Notes under the pieces: generated by a model
Told to the model about the DNA's origin: nothing
Database searches by the model: none
The model's input: the letters and a program-made list of their open reading frames with translations, nothing else
Translations under genes and position numbers: made by a program
Part shown: positions 40,315-48,983 of the stretch, one piece after another
How the letters are laid out: every line of letters starts with the position of its first letter
Position numbering within the stretch: the stretch's first letter is position 1
Assembly: GCA_031277035.1 (NCBI GenBank)
Contig: JAISLY010000060.1
Location: forward strand, 21,012 to 85,011
Origin: Coriobacteriales bacterium
Lineage (GTDB): Bacteria > Actinomycetota > Coriobacteriia > Coriobacteriales > UBA8131
Length of the DNA: 64,000 bases
Direction: 5' to 3'

Positions 40315-40686
40315 ATGTCTTACGAGAACTACGGCCTTCTGGTCGATTACCGGTACTGCTCGAACTGCCATACCTGCGAGGTCGCCTGCAAATACCATCT
40401 ACAGCAGACCCTTGGCAGAGAGATAGATTTGGATAAGACCCCGGGCATTGTCGTGCTGGAGAAGGGGCCCTTCCACCTGGAGGAGGGCAACCCGGATGCC
40501 TGGGACTGGAGCTATATCCCCATGCCAACGGCGCTCTGCGACCTGTGCGTCGACCGTCTGGAACGAGGAGAGAAGCCGTCGTGTGTCAAGCAGTGCCTGG
40601 CCGCCTGCATGGAGGTTGGCCCGCTGGACGAACTGGCCCGGCGTGCGACCGAGATTGGCCACAGGACCCTGATTGTTCGGCCATGA
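40315..40686 (+). CDS. Small Fe-S (4Fe-4S dicluster-like) subunit of the molybdoenzyme
   Basis: YGLLVDYRYCSNCHTCEVAC..CDLC..PSCVKQC. Confidence 0.9.
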   Translation: MSYENYGLLVDYRYCSNCHTCEVACKYHLQQTLGREIDLDKTPGIVVLEKGPFHLEEGNPDAWDWSYIPMPTALCDLCVDRLERGEKPSCVKQCLAACMEVGPLDELARRATEIGHRTLIVRP

Positions 40687-40689
40687 GGC

Positions 40690-40836
40690 GGAGTGGGGCG
40701 TAGGGCGTGGGTTGCGGGGCGGTTGCGGGGCGGTTGTGGGGTGCAGGTTGTGGGGTGCGGGTTGTGGGCGGGCCGCGGGGTGCGGGCCGAGCGCGAGGTG
40801 CGGGCTGTGGGGTGCGGGCCGAGCGCGGGGTGCGGC
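40690..40836. repeat. G-rich tandem repeats (gcggggtgcggg/gttgtgggg units)
   Basis: Visible directly. Confidence 0.75.
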
Positions 40837-40903
40837 TTTGGGCTATGCCTGGTTTTGATCGCAGAACGATGCGTGCCTTTGGACTGAAGACAGGAGGTTT
40901 GGG

Positions 40904-41167
40904 ATGACTTTGAATGAACTGCTCGAACTCTCGACCGCCGAACAGGAGAAGTGGCTTGCCGACCAACTCGCTGGCGGCAAGACTCCCGAGGAGGTGTATG
41001 CCGCACTGGGCACCGACAAAGGTGGCCTGGGAAAGGTGGGTATCTTCTACGTCCCGCCCAAGAAGGCGTTCATGATCAAACCGATGCGCGGCTATCAGAC
41101 CACTCGTCTGAGTGGCAATGAGAAGACCGGCGACGCTGGCATCCAGGGAGGCCAAACCATCGGATAA
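40904..41167 (+). CDS. Small hypothetical protein (87 aa)
   Basis: AGGAGG RBS, coding-like codon use, co-oriented in the operon. Confidence 0.7.
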   Translation: MTLNELLELSTAEQEKWLADQLAGGKTPEEVYAALGTDKGGLGKVGIFYVPPKKAFMIKPMRGYQTTRLSGNEKTGDAGIQGGQTIG

Positions 41168-41286
41168 GGCCTTCGGAGAGACTTCGGAGGAGTTCACGGG
41201 GATCCAGGCAGATCTCACACGTAGCTCCGAAGCGCCGTGGGATAGGTTTTGAGAACGACGAGACAGAAGTTTTGGAGGATCAGCGT

Positions 41287-41592
41287 ATGTGTTTCAGACC
41301 AGCAGGTGTTGATCTACCCGATCCCGTATGCCCCGAATGTGGCAAGAAGATGCAGATCATCGGGGGCGTCGTGATGAAGAAGTGCCCATTTTGCAAGGCG
41401 GATTTGACCAAGTATGCCGAGCAGTTCGGCTACACCGCCGGTGGCGCACAAGCCCCAGGCGCCCCAGGTGCCCCCAAAGCTCCCGGTGCCCCCGGTGCCC
41501 CCAAAGCTCCCGGTGCCCCCGCGGCGCCACCAAGGCCTCCCGCGCCACCGGCGGTGCCTGGAACTCCCGGCACGCCAAAGCCGCCTGCGTAA
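41287..41592 (+). CDS. Zinc-ribbon protein (MCFRP.. CPEC..CPFC) with a Pro/Ala/Gly tail
   Basis: GGAGG RBS before ATG 41287; two CxxC pairs. Confidence 0.75.
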   Translation: MCFRPAGVDLPDPVCPECGKKMQIIGGVVMKKCPFCKADLTKYAEQFGYTAGGAQAPGAPGAPKAPGAPGAPKAPGAPAAPPRPPAPPAVPGTPGTPKPPA

Positions 41593-41679
41593 CAAAGCCT
41601 TTTGCACAAACGTCCTGCGTGTGCGGGAGCGCACCGGCGGAACTCTTTGCAAGACGGATGACGAAACGGAAGTTTACCG

Positions 41680-41862
41680 ATGTGTGGATACGGCTGTTCA
41701 GGGTGTGGGAGATGCCAGGGGGGATTCGAATCCAAGATTATCCCCAAGGGCTTTTGTGACCGGTGCCAGACCTTTAACAGCCCTTCTGCAACCGTGTGCA
41801 AAAAGTGCGGAGCGCCCATAGACAACGCAAAGGCCCGGAAGGTGACTCCCGGCACTCGATGA
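41680..41862 (+). CDS. Small Cys-rich protein (8 Cys in 60 aa)
   Basis: CxxxCxxCxxC and CxxC..CxxC motifs; co-oriented in the operon. Confidence 0.65.
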   Translation: MCGYGCSGCGRCQGGFESKIIPKGFCDRCQTFNSPSATVCKKCGAPIDNAKARKVTPGTR

Positions 41863-41889
41863 GGGACGACGACAGCACGGAGAGGCTTT

Positions 41890-43320
41890 ATGACTGAGAC
41901 AAAACCTGGCTCTGCCCTTCGAACCCGGCGGCTGCTCTACCTGGCCTTTGCCACCCTGACCCTGCTGGTGCTTGGCCTTATCTATGCCTGGTCGATCTTC
42001 GCAACCCCCATTGGTGCGCAGTTCGAAACATACAAGCCGATGCTTGGACGGGTCTTTCAGGTCTCGATGTTCGCGTTTTGCCTCTCCGCCCTGGCGGGTG
42101 CCCAGATAAGTCGTCTGGCATCGTTTCGGGTCGCCCTCATTGTGTCGGCCGTCCTCCTTGGCGTCGGCTTTGTGACCTGTGCCCTGTTCGCCGCACACGG
42201 AGTCTGGGTGCTGTTCGTCTGCTATGGCGTCCTGGCGGCCTCCGGGGTCGGCATCGCCTATAACGCCATCATATCGCTTGTTAATCCCTGGTTTCCCGAC
42301 CGCGTGGGCCTCTCCTCAGGCTTCATGATGATGGGCTTTGGCGTCTCCTCTCTCGTCTTCGGCTCCCTGGCCAGCCTGCTGATAGCGCGGCTGGGGGGTT
42401 GGCAGGGGGTCTTTTATCTGGTTGCAGCCGCGGCCATTCTGGTCATACTCGTCCTGGCATTCATGGTACGGCCGGCCCCGCACAATCTCGAAAAACTTCT
42501 TGCCGGTGAGACTGCGGTGGGCAAGGCGGAGGAGCACGCCTCGCTCAGTGCAAAAAGCGTCAGAGACGCAGGCGAGCCTGGGCAAGGCGCCGCGCCCGCC
42601 TTGCAGCCTACCTCGCCGCCCGCCCTGCAGAGTGCGACACGCAGCCAGCATATCCTGAAAACCAGGGCATTTTGGCTCTATGTGGTCTGGTCCATCGTCG
42701 TTGTTGCCTGTGGGCTGATGCTCATCGGCACTGCCCGGCAGGGTGCCGAAGCACTTGGGGTCGACACTATGAGTGCGGGTCTGCCAATCCTGCTGGTCGG
42801 CCTCGTCTCGACGATGAACGGGCTGGCGCGTCTTATCAACGGGGCACTTTTTGATAAGGTGGGCCTCGTGCCGGTGATGGTAATCTGCGCGCTGCTCTCC
42901 TTTGTGGCGATGCTCGCGCTGGCTCTCTCCTTTGCCAGTGCTCTGCCGGCGCTCTACGTGGTGGCCGCCATTCTGATCGCCTTTCCCTATGGCGGCGTGC
43001 CGGTCATGGCCTCGGCCTTTGCCCGACAGCGCTTCCGGCCCGAAGATTTTGCAATGAATCTTGGCATCAACAATCTGAGCATCGCTGCGGCCGCCCTCAT
43101 CAATATCGTCATGGATTCGTTCATCGGGCCCGTTACCAGCGTAAGCGGGGCCTCGGCGAGCGCACCGCTCACCTACGGCGTCCTGGCGGCACTTGCCCTT
43201 GTTGCGCTTGTCTTTACCTGGCTGTTCAGCCGTATCTATCGGACCGATCTCCTCCAGATTGCCAGGGAAGAAGCGTCTGCCAGAGAAGAAGCGGCCGGGC
43301 AGGAAGCAGCGACGGCCTGA
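41890..43320 (+). CDS. MFS transporter (OFA/oxalate-formate antiporter-like)
   Basis: GLIYAWSIF, WFPDRVGL..G, and about 12 TM helices. Confidence 0.9.
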   Translation: MTETKPGSALRTRRLLYLAFATLTLLVLGLIYAWSIFATPIGAQFETYKPMLGRVFQVSMFAFCLSALAGAQISRLASFRVALIVSAVLLGVGFVTCALFAAHGVWVLFVCYGVLAASGVGIAYNAIISLVNPWFPDRVGLSSGFMMMGFGVSSLVFGSLASLLIARLGGWQGVFYLVAAAAILVILVLAFMVRPAPHNLEKLLAGETAVGKAEEHASLSAKSVRDAGEPGQGAAPALQPTSPPALQSATRSQHILKTRAFWLYVVWSIVVVACGLMLIGTARQGAEALGVDTMSAGLPILLVGLVSTMNGLARLINGALFDKVGLVPVMVICALLSFVAMLALALSFASALPALYVVAAILIAFPYGGVPVMASAFARQRFRPEDFAMNLGINNLSIAAAALINIVMDSFIGPVTSVSGASASAPLTYGVLAALALVALVFTWLFSRIYRTDLLQIAREEASAREEAAGQEAATA

Positions 43321-43327
43321 AGGCCGC

Positions 43328-43461
43328 TTGCGTAGACGGCGGAACCTCCAACGAGTTGCGCATTGCGTAGACGGTGGGGCCTTCAACGGATTGCGCATTG
43401 CATAGACGGTGGGGTCCCCAACGGATTGCGCATTGCGCAGGTGACGGGGCCTTCAACAGGA
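43328..43461. repeat. 35-bp tandem repeat, ~3.8 copies (TTGCGTAGACGGTGGGGCCTTCAACGGATTGCGCA)
   Basis: Units start at 43328, 43363, 43398 and 43433. Confidence 0.85.
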
Positions 43462-43516
43462 ACGGGTCCGAAGAACGGGCTGAGGAACCTCTGAGAAATG
43501 AGCGACAGGATGTGTC

Positions 43517-44209
43517 ATGGATAATCCGACTACGTACGACTCCTACCGCTATGTCCACGCAAAATCCTCCTGGATGTCTGCACTCGAAGCCTTTCGCCTG
43601 GTTGAGGAAGCTGCTAGCCTCGGTGCCAAAAGCGGCAATATCGACGCGTATCTGCAGGGCCTCGACTACGATGAGAACCAACGCAGGCTTGGCGATATAC
43701 CCGATGGCACAAGCGACTTCAGAGCCACCGTGCCCGTGCTGTACCTCTTGACCAATGGAATCGACCTGATGCTCAAGGCCTTCCTCTATGCGGGGCACCC
43801 GGATCGCCAGCCGCGTACCGTGCCAAAGACCCCGGAGCTCGTGGCAGCCTTTGCCGCGGAGTTCAGCGAACTGACCAGCCTGCAGGCCTTTGTGGTGACC
43901 TATACCGACAGCGGGCTCCTCCCCGGGCTTTTTGCCGAATTCCTGGCGGCAAATGAGATGGACATCGCCGCATTTCTCAGTCAACGACGCCACCTGAGCA
44001 ATACGAGCTTCTTTACCATTTTGGAGCGCTATCGCTCGTTTCCCTATCGCTGGGAGGACGGGCGGGTATTTTACGCGCAGCTCGCAGAGAAGCTGAAGCA
44101 GGTGATTCCGCTGCTCCAGGAACTGCAAACGGATATTGATTCGGATGGCAATCCCGGCGTGAAGGTGCTGGCCCTTAAACGAGAGAATGCGGCGGCACGG
44201 CGCGCTTGA
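43517..44209 (+). CDS. Hypothetical helical protein, possibly a divergent HEPN domain
   Basis: AGGA RBS. VPVLYLLTNGIDLMLKAFL resembles the HEPN N-terminal helix motif (..HxxELxLKA). Confidence 0.6.
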   Translation: MDNPTTYDSYRYVHAKSSWMSALEAFRLVEEAASLGAKSGNIDAYLQGLDYDENQRRLGDIPDGTSDFRATVPVLYLLTNGIDLMLKAFLYAGHPDRQPRTVPKTPELVAAFAAEFSELTSLQAFVVTYTDSGLLPGLFAEFLAANEMDIAAFLSQRRHLSNTSFFTILERYRSFPYRWEDGRVFYAQLAEKLKQVIPLLQELQTDIDSDGNPGVKVLALKRENAAARRA

Positions 44210-44690
44210 GTTGCGCCCAGACGCGTTGTTTGGCGTTCGCATCACCGAGCGCCTCCTCAAAGCCCGCAACGCTGATGAGGTTGCGTCCCTGCACAAGCGT
44301 CTGGGCGCCGGGCGCGAGGACTGTCTCTGGGCCAAAGGCCGCAGCCAGCGCCTGTCGCGCCGGCTCATCGAGCGCGACGATGACCTGCGGATCTATGATT
44401 TCGCAGGTCAGACGGAGCTCGCCGGGCTGAAGCGAAGCGATGCCCGGCGGCGCGACAGGCGCGACCAGGATGCCGCACCAGCTGCCCTTCGGCCAGCCCA
44501 GAGCCACCAGCGCCTTCTCAAGCGCCTCGCCATCCTCGCCAGAAAAGGGCGCTCGACCGGCCCACTCGGCTGCACCCGCCACCCCCTTGACGAGGACAAC
44601 ATGCGCTGCCACCTCCCCTTTGAGGTAGGGGCGATAGGGAGCAAGCTGCGATTCGAGCGATCGCCTGAAATCGAGTGCGGACTTCTCCAC
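44175..44690 (-). CDS. Uracil-DNA glycosylase-like fold protein (minimal)
   Basis: VVLVKG..PFSGEDGEALEKAL..EIIDPQVIVALD..AKQRVWAQLK parallels the family-4 UDG layout. Confidence 0.6.
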   Translation of the reverse strand: MEKSALDFRRSLESQLAPYRPYLKGEVAAHVVLVKGVAGAAEWAGRAPFSGEDGEALEKALVALGWPKGSWCGILVAPVAPPGIASLQPGELRLTCEIIDPQVIVALDEPARQALAAAFGPETVLAPGAQTLVQGRNLISVAGFEEALGDANAKQRVWAQLKRAVPPHSLV

Positions 44691-44916
44691 GAGAACCCCT
44701 TTACCGAGTATGCCAAAATCAACAGGCCCTCATCCTAACCCAACAGGACAGGAGATTCATCCGGCATCCTGCCAGAACATGTTGGCAGGATGGTCAGTCG
44801 CGGGATGAGCGGAGGTGTAAGGTTACGAACGAGGGGATTCGTGTTATCCTTAGCGCAGCACAACGTCGCGGCCGGCCCTGAAGGCTACGGACGCATCATC
44901 ATGAAGGGAGCATTCC

Positions 44917-45240
44917 ATGCCCGAACCTGTCGTCTTGAACGCTTTTAACTTTGAGAGCACCGTCCTGAAGTCCACCACGCCCTTCCTCGTGGATTTCTGG
45001 GCAGCCTGGTGCGGGCCATGCCGCGCCGTTGCCCCCATCGTCGATGAAATCGCCGCCGAGAAGGCTGGCTCGCTGGCCGTCGGGAAACTCAATGTCGATG
45101 ATCAGCCCGAGATAGCACAGCGCTACAACGTCATGTCGATTCCGACCCTGATTCTTTTCAAGGACGGAGAGCCCGCTGCCGTCTCCATCGGCGCAAGTTC
45201 AAAAGAGGAGCTCCTCAAGCGCTTTGAGGCCTTCCTCTGA
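44917..45240 (+). CDS. trxA: Thioredoxin
   Basis: DFWAAWCGPC and MSIPTL. Confidence 0.96.
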   Translation: MPEPVVLNAFNFESTVLKSTTPFLVDFWAAWCGPCRAVAPIVDEIAAEKAGSLAVGKLNVDDQPEIAQRYNVMSIPTLILFKDGEPAAVSIGASSKEELLKRFEAFL

Positions 45241-45378
45241 CGCACGACGGGCACACCACGCAGGAGTGCGAACAGGGTGACACCGAGCGAACAGGGTGGC
45301 GCCGAGCAGGCAGGGTGACACCGAGCGAACAGGGTGGCGGCAATCGGGGACTGAAACCGCAGGGAAAGAGAGGCTTTC

Positions 45379-45630
45379 ATGTGCACAAATGGCGTGAATA
45401 CCAGTCAGTTTAAGACAAACATCGAGCAGATTGACGAGACGGTTGCCCTCACGCGTCGCTGGACGCATAAGGCCTTTCATCTTGCCGACGAAGGCCAGCA
45501 GCCAAAGACGGCCGCTCGGCTCAAGGAAGCCCAGGGCCTCCTTGATGAGGTGCGTGCCCTGCTCAGCGAGGTATCTTCCCTCGTCGAGGAGGAAGCTGGT
45601 GCGGCCGGCGTGACCGTCACCGCTGTCTGA
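45379..45630 (+). CDS. Small helical hypothetical protein upstream of nikR
   Basis: GAGG RBS; 83 aa; amphipathic helices; MC N-terminus and a WTHKAFH motif. Confidence 0.7.
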   Translation: MCTNGVNTSQFKTNIEQIDETVALTRRWTHKAFHLADEGQQPKTAARLKEAQGLLDEVRALLSEVSSLVEEEAGAAGVTVTAV

Positions 45631-45649
45631 GACGCTTCGAGATTATTCC

Positions 45650-46069
45650 ATGAGCGATCTGGTTCGTTTCTCGGTTGCCATGCCCGAGGAGTTGTTGATG
45701 CAATTTGACAACCTCGTCGCCCGTCGCGGCTTGGCAAAAAACCGCTCGGAGGTCATCCGCGACCTCGTGCGCGACGCGCTTGTCGATGAGGAATGGGACG
45801 ACCCCGACCAGGAAATCGTCGGCACCCTGACGATTGTTTTCTCGCACCACGCCGTCGATCTGCAAAACAAGCTCGACCAGATACAGCATTCCCATTACCA
45901 CACAATCATCTCAGCCATGCACATCCACCTCGACGCACACAACTGCCTGGAGGTCGTGGCAATGCGCGGGCGTTCCGACGAGGTACGGGGCATTGCCGAA
46001 AGCATTCTCGGGGTCAAGGGCGTCAAGCACGGCCGCCTGACCACGACTACGACCGGAAGATTCCTGTGA
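45650..46069 (+). CDS. nikR: Nickel-responsive regulator NikR
   Basis: RHH domain (RFSVAM..NRSEVIRDLVR) and Ni site (QH..HIHLDAHNCLEV). Confidence 0.95.
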   Translation: MSDLVRFSVAMPEELLMQFDNLVARRGLAKNRSEVIRDLVRDALVDEEWDDPDQEIVGTLTIVFSHHAVDLQNKLDQIQHSHYHTIISAMHIHLDAHNCLEVVAMRGRSDEVRGIAESILGVKGVKHGRLTTTTTGRFL

Positions 46070-48651
46070 GCCCTCGGCGGGGCGCAGAGCCTCCTGCAGC
46101 CGCGCCGCAGGAGGATGCCGCGCCGCGAACCACACCGCAGGAGGAGGCCGCGCCGCAGGAGGCCGCGCCGCAAACCGCACAACAAGCCGCGCCGCAGGAG
46201 GCCGCGCCGCAGGAGGCCGCGCCGCAAACCGCTCGTGACCTGCATATTGTGGGCATCGTGCAGGGAGTGGGTTTTCGCCCCTTTGTCTATCGACTGGCAC
46301 ACGAGCAAAATCTGCGTGGATGGGTGCAAAACACCGGCGACGGCGTACGTGCGCACGTGGAAGGGGCTCCCGATAATCTGGCTGCCTTTATCTCGGCGCT
46401 CAAACGCGAGGCTCCGCCTGCTGCGCGAATCGGTCGCATCGACACGGCGCCGGCTGCAATCGAGGGGGCCTCGAGCTTCTCCATCCTTCCCTCACGTGAG
46501 CGAAGGGGGGCCGAAGCGCACGCCACCGCCACCCCCGACGGTGCCGAGACGAGCGACATGCTTGCGGGGCACCTTGGGGCGCACAGTACCGCTGTCTCGC
46601 CCGACATCGCCACCTGCCCGAAATGCCGCGCAGAGCTCTTCGACCCCGATAACCGCCGCTTTCATTACCCGTTTATCAACTGCACCGACTGCGGGCCGCG
46701 TTTCACCATCATACGTGCGCTGCCCTATGACCGCCCAAACACTTCAATGGCCGACTTTGAGATGTGCGCACAGTGTGCTGCCGAGTACGCCAACCCGCTC
46801 GATCGCCGTTTTCACGCGCAGCCAGACGCCTGCTTTGCCTGCGGCCCCCATCTGAGTCTGTGGCAGCGCGGCTCCGTTATCCAGGCCCACAGCCGCGAGG
46901 GAAGCGATGCCGTGATAGAAACGGTCGCCGCCATGCTGAAGGCCGGCGACATCGTCGCCATCAAGGGGCTTGGCGGCTATCATCTGGCCTGCGACGCGAC
47001 CAATGAGTCGGCGGTCGCACACCTGCGCTCCCGTAAGCGCCGCACGGACAAGCCGTTCGCGGTCATGGTGCATGACGTACGCGAAGCACGCGCACTCTGC
47101 GAGGTCAGTGAGGACGAGGAGGCCGTACTCTGTGGCACCGTGCGGCCCATCGTATTGCTCAGACGCAGACGCATTGGGCAGGATGGAGAGAGCGCTTCGA
47201 TTGCCCTGGCTCCCTCGGTTGCAGGCGAGCTGCACGAACTGGGCCTGATGCTTGCCTGCACACCCCTGCACCACCTCCTGATGGCTCAGGTTGACGTTCC
47301 CCTGGTTATGACTTCGGGCAATCTCAGCGAAGAGCCGATTATCGCAGACGAAGAGGAGGCCCACGAGGCGCTGGGCGCCTGTGCCGATGCCTTTCTGGAC
47401 AACAACCGCCCCATCGTATCGCGCTACGACGACAGTGTCGTGCGGATGGTCGACAGACAGCTTTACCTGGTACGCCGCGCCCGGGGCTATGCTCCCGCGC
47501 CCGTGCCCTTTCCTCCATATCTGGAACGCGGAGACACCGTTTTGGCAGTCGGGCCCGAACAGAAAAGCACGCTCGCCCTCGTGCGGGAAAGCCAGGCTTT
47601 TGTCTCGCAGCACCTTGGAGACCTCGAAAGCGTCTCGTCGCTGAACGCCTGGCGACAGGCCCTGACACACTACCAGAGCCTCTTTGACCTGCATCCAAAC
47701 CTTATCGCCTGCGACCAGCACCCCGAGTATCTCTCGACAAAATGGGCCCGCTCCCAGGATGAGCCGCGCATTGAGGCACAGCATCATCACGCGCACATCG
47801 CCAGCGTTCTTGCGGAAAACGGGCTAGAGCAGGCCATCGGTATCGCTTTTGATGGGACGGGCTTTGGAGATGACGGCACGATCTGGGGCGGCGAGGTGCT
47901 GCTTGCGACCTGCGTTGACTATGAGCGTATCGCCTACCTGCGACCCGTACCGCTGCCAGGGGCAGCGGCGGCCATCGAGCATCCTGAACGCATGGCCTGG
48001 TCCTATCTGTTCAGCCTCGGCCTGAGCGAACATGAAGGAGCGGCGGCGCTTGGCAGGCGCATTGGCCCTGATCGTCAGGCTTTGCTGGAAGGCATTATCG
48101 CTGGTAAGCTGAACAGCCCGCTCACGTCCTCGATGGGGCGTCTGTTTGACGCAGTGAGCGCCCTGCTGAACATCTGCACCAGGCCAAGCTATGAAGGGCA
48201 GCCCGCCGTCGAGTTGGAAGCGGCGCTGTATGGAGCCTGTGAAGAGACGGACGAGACGAGTGAGAACGCGGCGGATCGCTACCGCTTCACGCTCGATATG
48301 CCACATATCGACCCCACCTCGCTTCTGTGCGCCATCCTTGAGGATTTGGCGGCGGGCGAGCAGGTCGCTGCCATCTCCCTGCGCTTTCATCAGGCTCTTG
48401 TGCGGATGATTGTCGAGGTCTGTACGGCGGCGCGCCAGGCGAGTGGCATTGCGGCCGTTGCGCTCTCAGGGGGGGTCTTCATGAACCGCTATCTGCTTAC
48501 CCATACCGTGCCCGCCCTGCGCGCCGCCGGCTTCTCTCCCGCCCTGAATCGCGATCTGCCTGCCAATGACGGCTGTATCGCCTACGGTCAGGCAGTGATT
48601 GCCGCCGCACAACTGGCGCAACTGCGCACAGAAGGCATAGAGTTGCTCTGA
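46066..48651 (+). CDS. hypF: Carbamoyltransferase HypF
   Basis: GIVQGVGFRPFV, zinc fingers (CTDCGPRF), KGLGGYHL, QHHHAH, and ANDGCIAYGQ. GTG start overlaps the nikR stop codon. Confidence 0.95.
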   Translation: MSPRRGAEPPAAAPQEDAAPRTTPQEEAAPQEAAPQTAQQAAPQEAAPQEAAPQTARDLHIVGIVQGVGFRPFVYRLAHEQNLRGWVQNTGDGVRAHVEGAPDNLAAFISALKREAPPAARIGRIDTAPAAIEGASSFSILPSRERRGAEAHATATPDGAETSDMLAGHLGAHSTAVSPDIATCPKCRAELFDPDNRRFHYPFINCTDCGPRFTIIRALPYDRPNTSMADFEMCAQCAAEYANPLDRRFHAQPDACFACGPHLSLWQRGSVIQAHSREGSDAVIETVAAMLKAGDIVAIKGLGGYHLACDATNESAVAHLRSRKRRTDKPFAVMVHDVREARALCEVSEDEEAVLCGTVRPIVLLRRRRIGQDGESASIALAPSVAGELHELGLMLACTPLHHLLMAQVDVPLVMTSGNLSEEPIIADEEEAHEALGACADAFLDNNRPIVSRYDDSVVRMVDRQLYLVRRARGYAPAPVPFPPYLERGDTVLAVGPEQKSTLALVRESQAFVSQHLGDLESVSSLNAWRQALTHYQSLFDLHPNLIACDQHPEYLSTKWARSQDEPRIEAQHHHAHIASVLAENGLEQAIGIAFDGTGFGDDGTIWGGEVLLATCVDYERIAYLRPVPLPGAAAAIEHPERMAWSYLFSLGLSEHEGAAALGRRIGPDRQALLEGIIAGKLNSPLTSSMGRLFDAVSALLNICTRPSYEGQPAVELEAALYGACEETDETSENAADRYRFTLDMPHIDPTSLLCAILEDLAAGEQVAAISLRFHQALVRMIVEVCTAARQASGIAAVALSGGVFMNRYLLTHTVPALRAAGFSPALNRDLPANDGCIAYGQAVIAAAQLAQLRTEGIELL

Positions 48652-48749
48652 GACGGATAGACTGCGTACAGAAAACCGAGAGTGACTCTGGGGCGTGGCG
48701 CAGACGGAGTGCTCCGGGGCTCTGAGATTGATTGTGAGGAGGACGGCAT

Positions 48750-48983
48750 ATGTGTTTGGCGATACCAGCCCGCATAGAAAGCATCGGCGATAACCGGCTC
48801 GCGGTAACCGACGTGCTCGGCGTCAAGCGCCAGGTTGCCCTGGACCTCGTGCCACAGGCAAAGGTAGGCGACTTTTTACTGGTTCACGCGGGCTATGGCA
48901 TCGAAGTCATAAGCGAGCAGCTCGCGCAGGAGACCCTGGATCTCATTCGCGAAATTCCCGAGTTGGTGGGAACCGAAGCATGA
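48750..48983 (+). CDS. hypC: Hydrogenase maturation chaperone HypC
   Basis: MCLAIP and LVHAG. Confidence 0.95.
   Translation: MCLAIPARIESIGDNRLAVTDVLGVKRQVALDLVPQAKVGDFLLVHAGYGIEVISEQLAQETLDLIREIPELVGTEA

Noticed and set aside
43328-43461. Possible CRISPR array
   Set aside because: The units are contiguous with no unique spacers, and there are no cas genes in the window.
45793-46065. Apparent N-terminal extension of HypF in the ORF track
   Set aside because: It overlaps nikR in another frame. The GTG at 46066, coupled to the nikR stop codon, is the plausible start.
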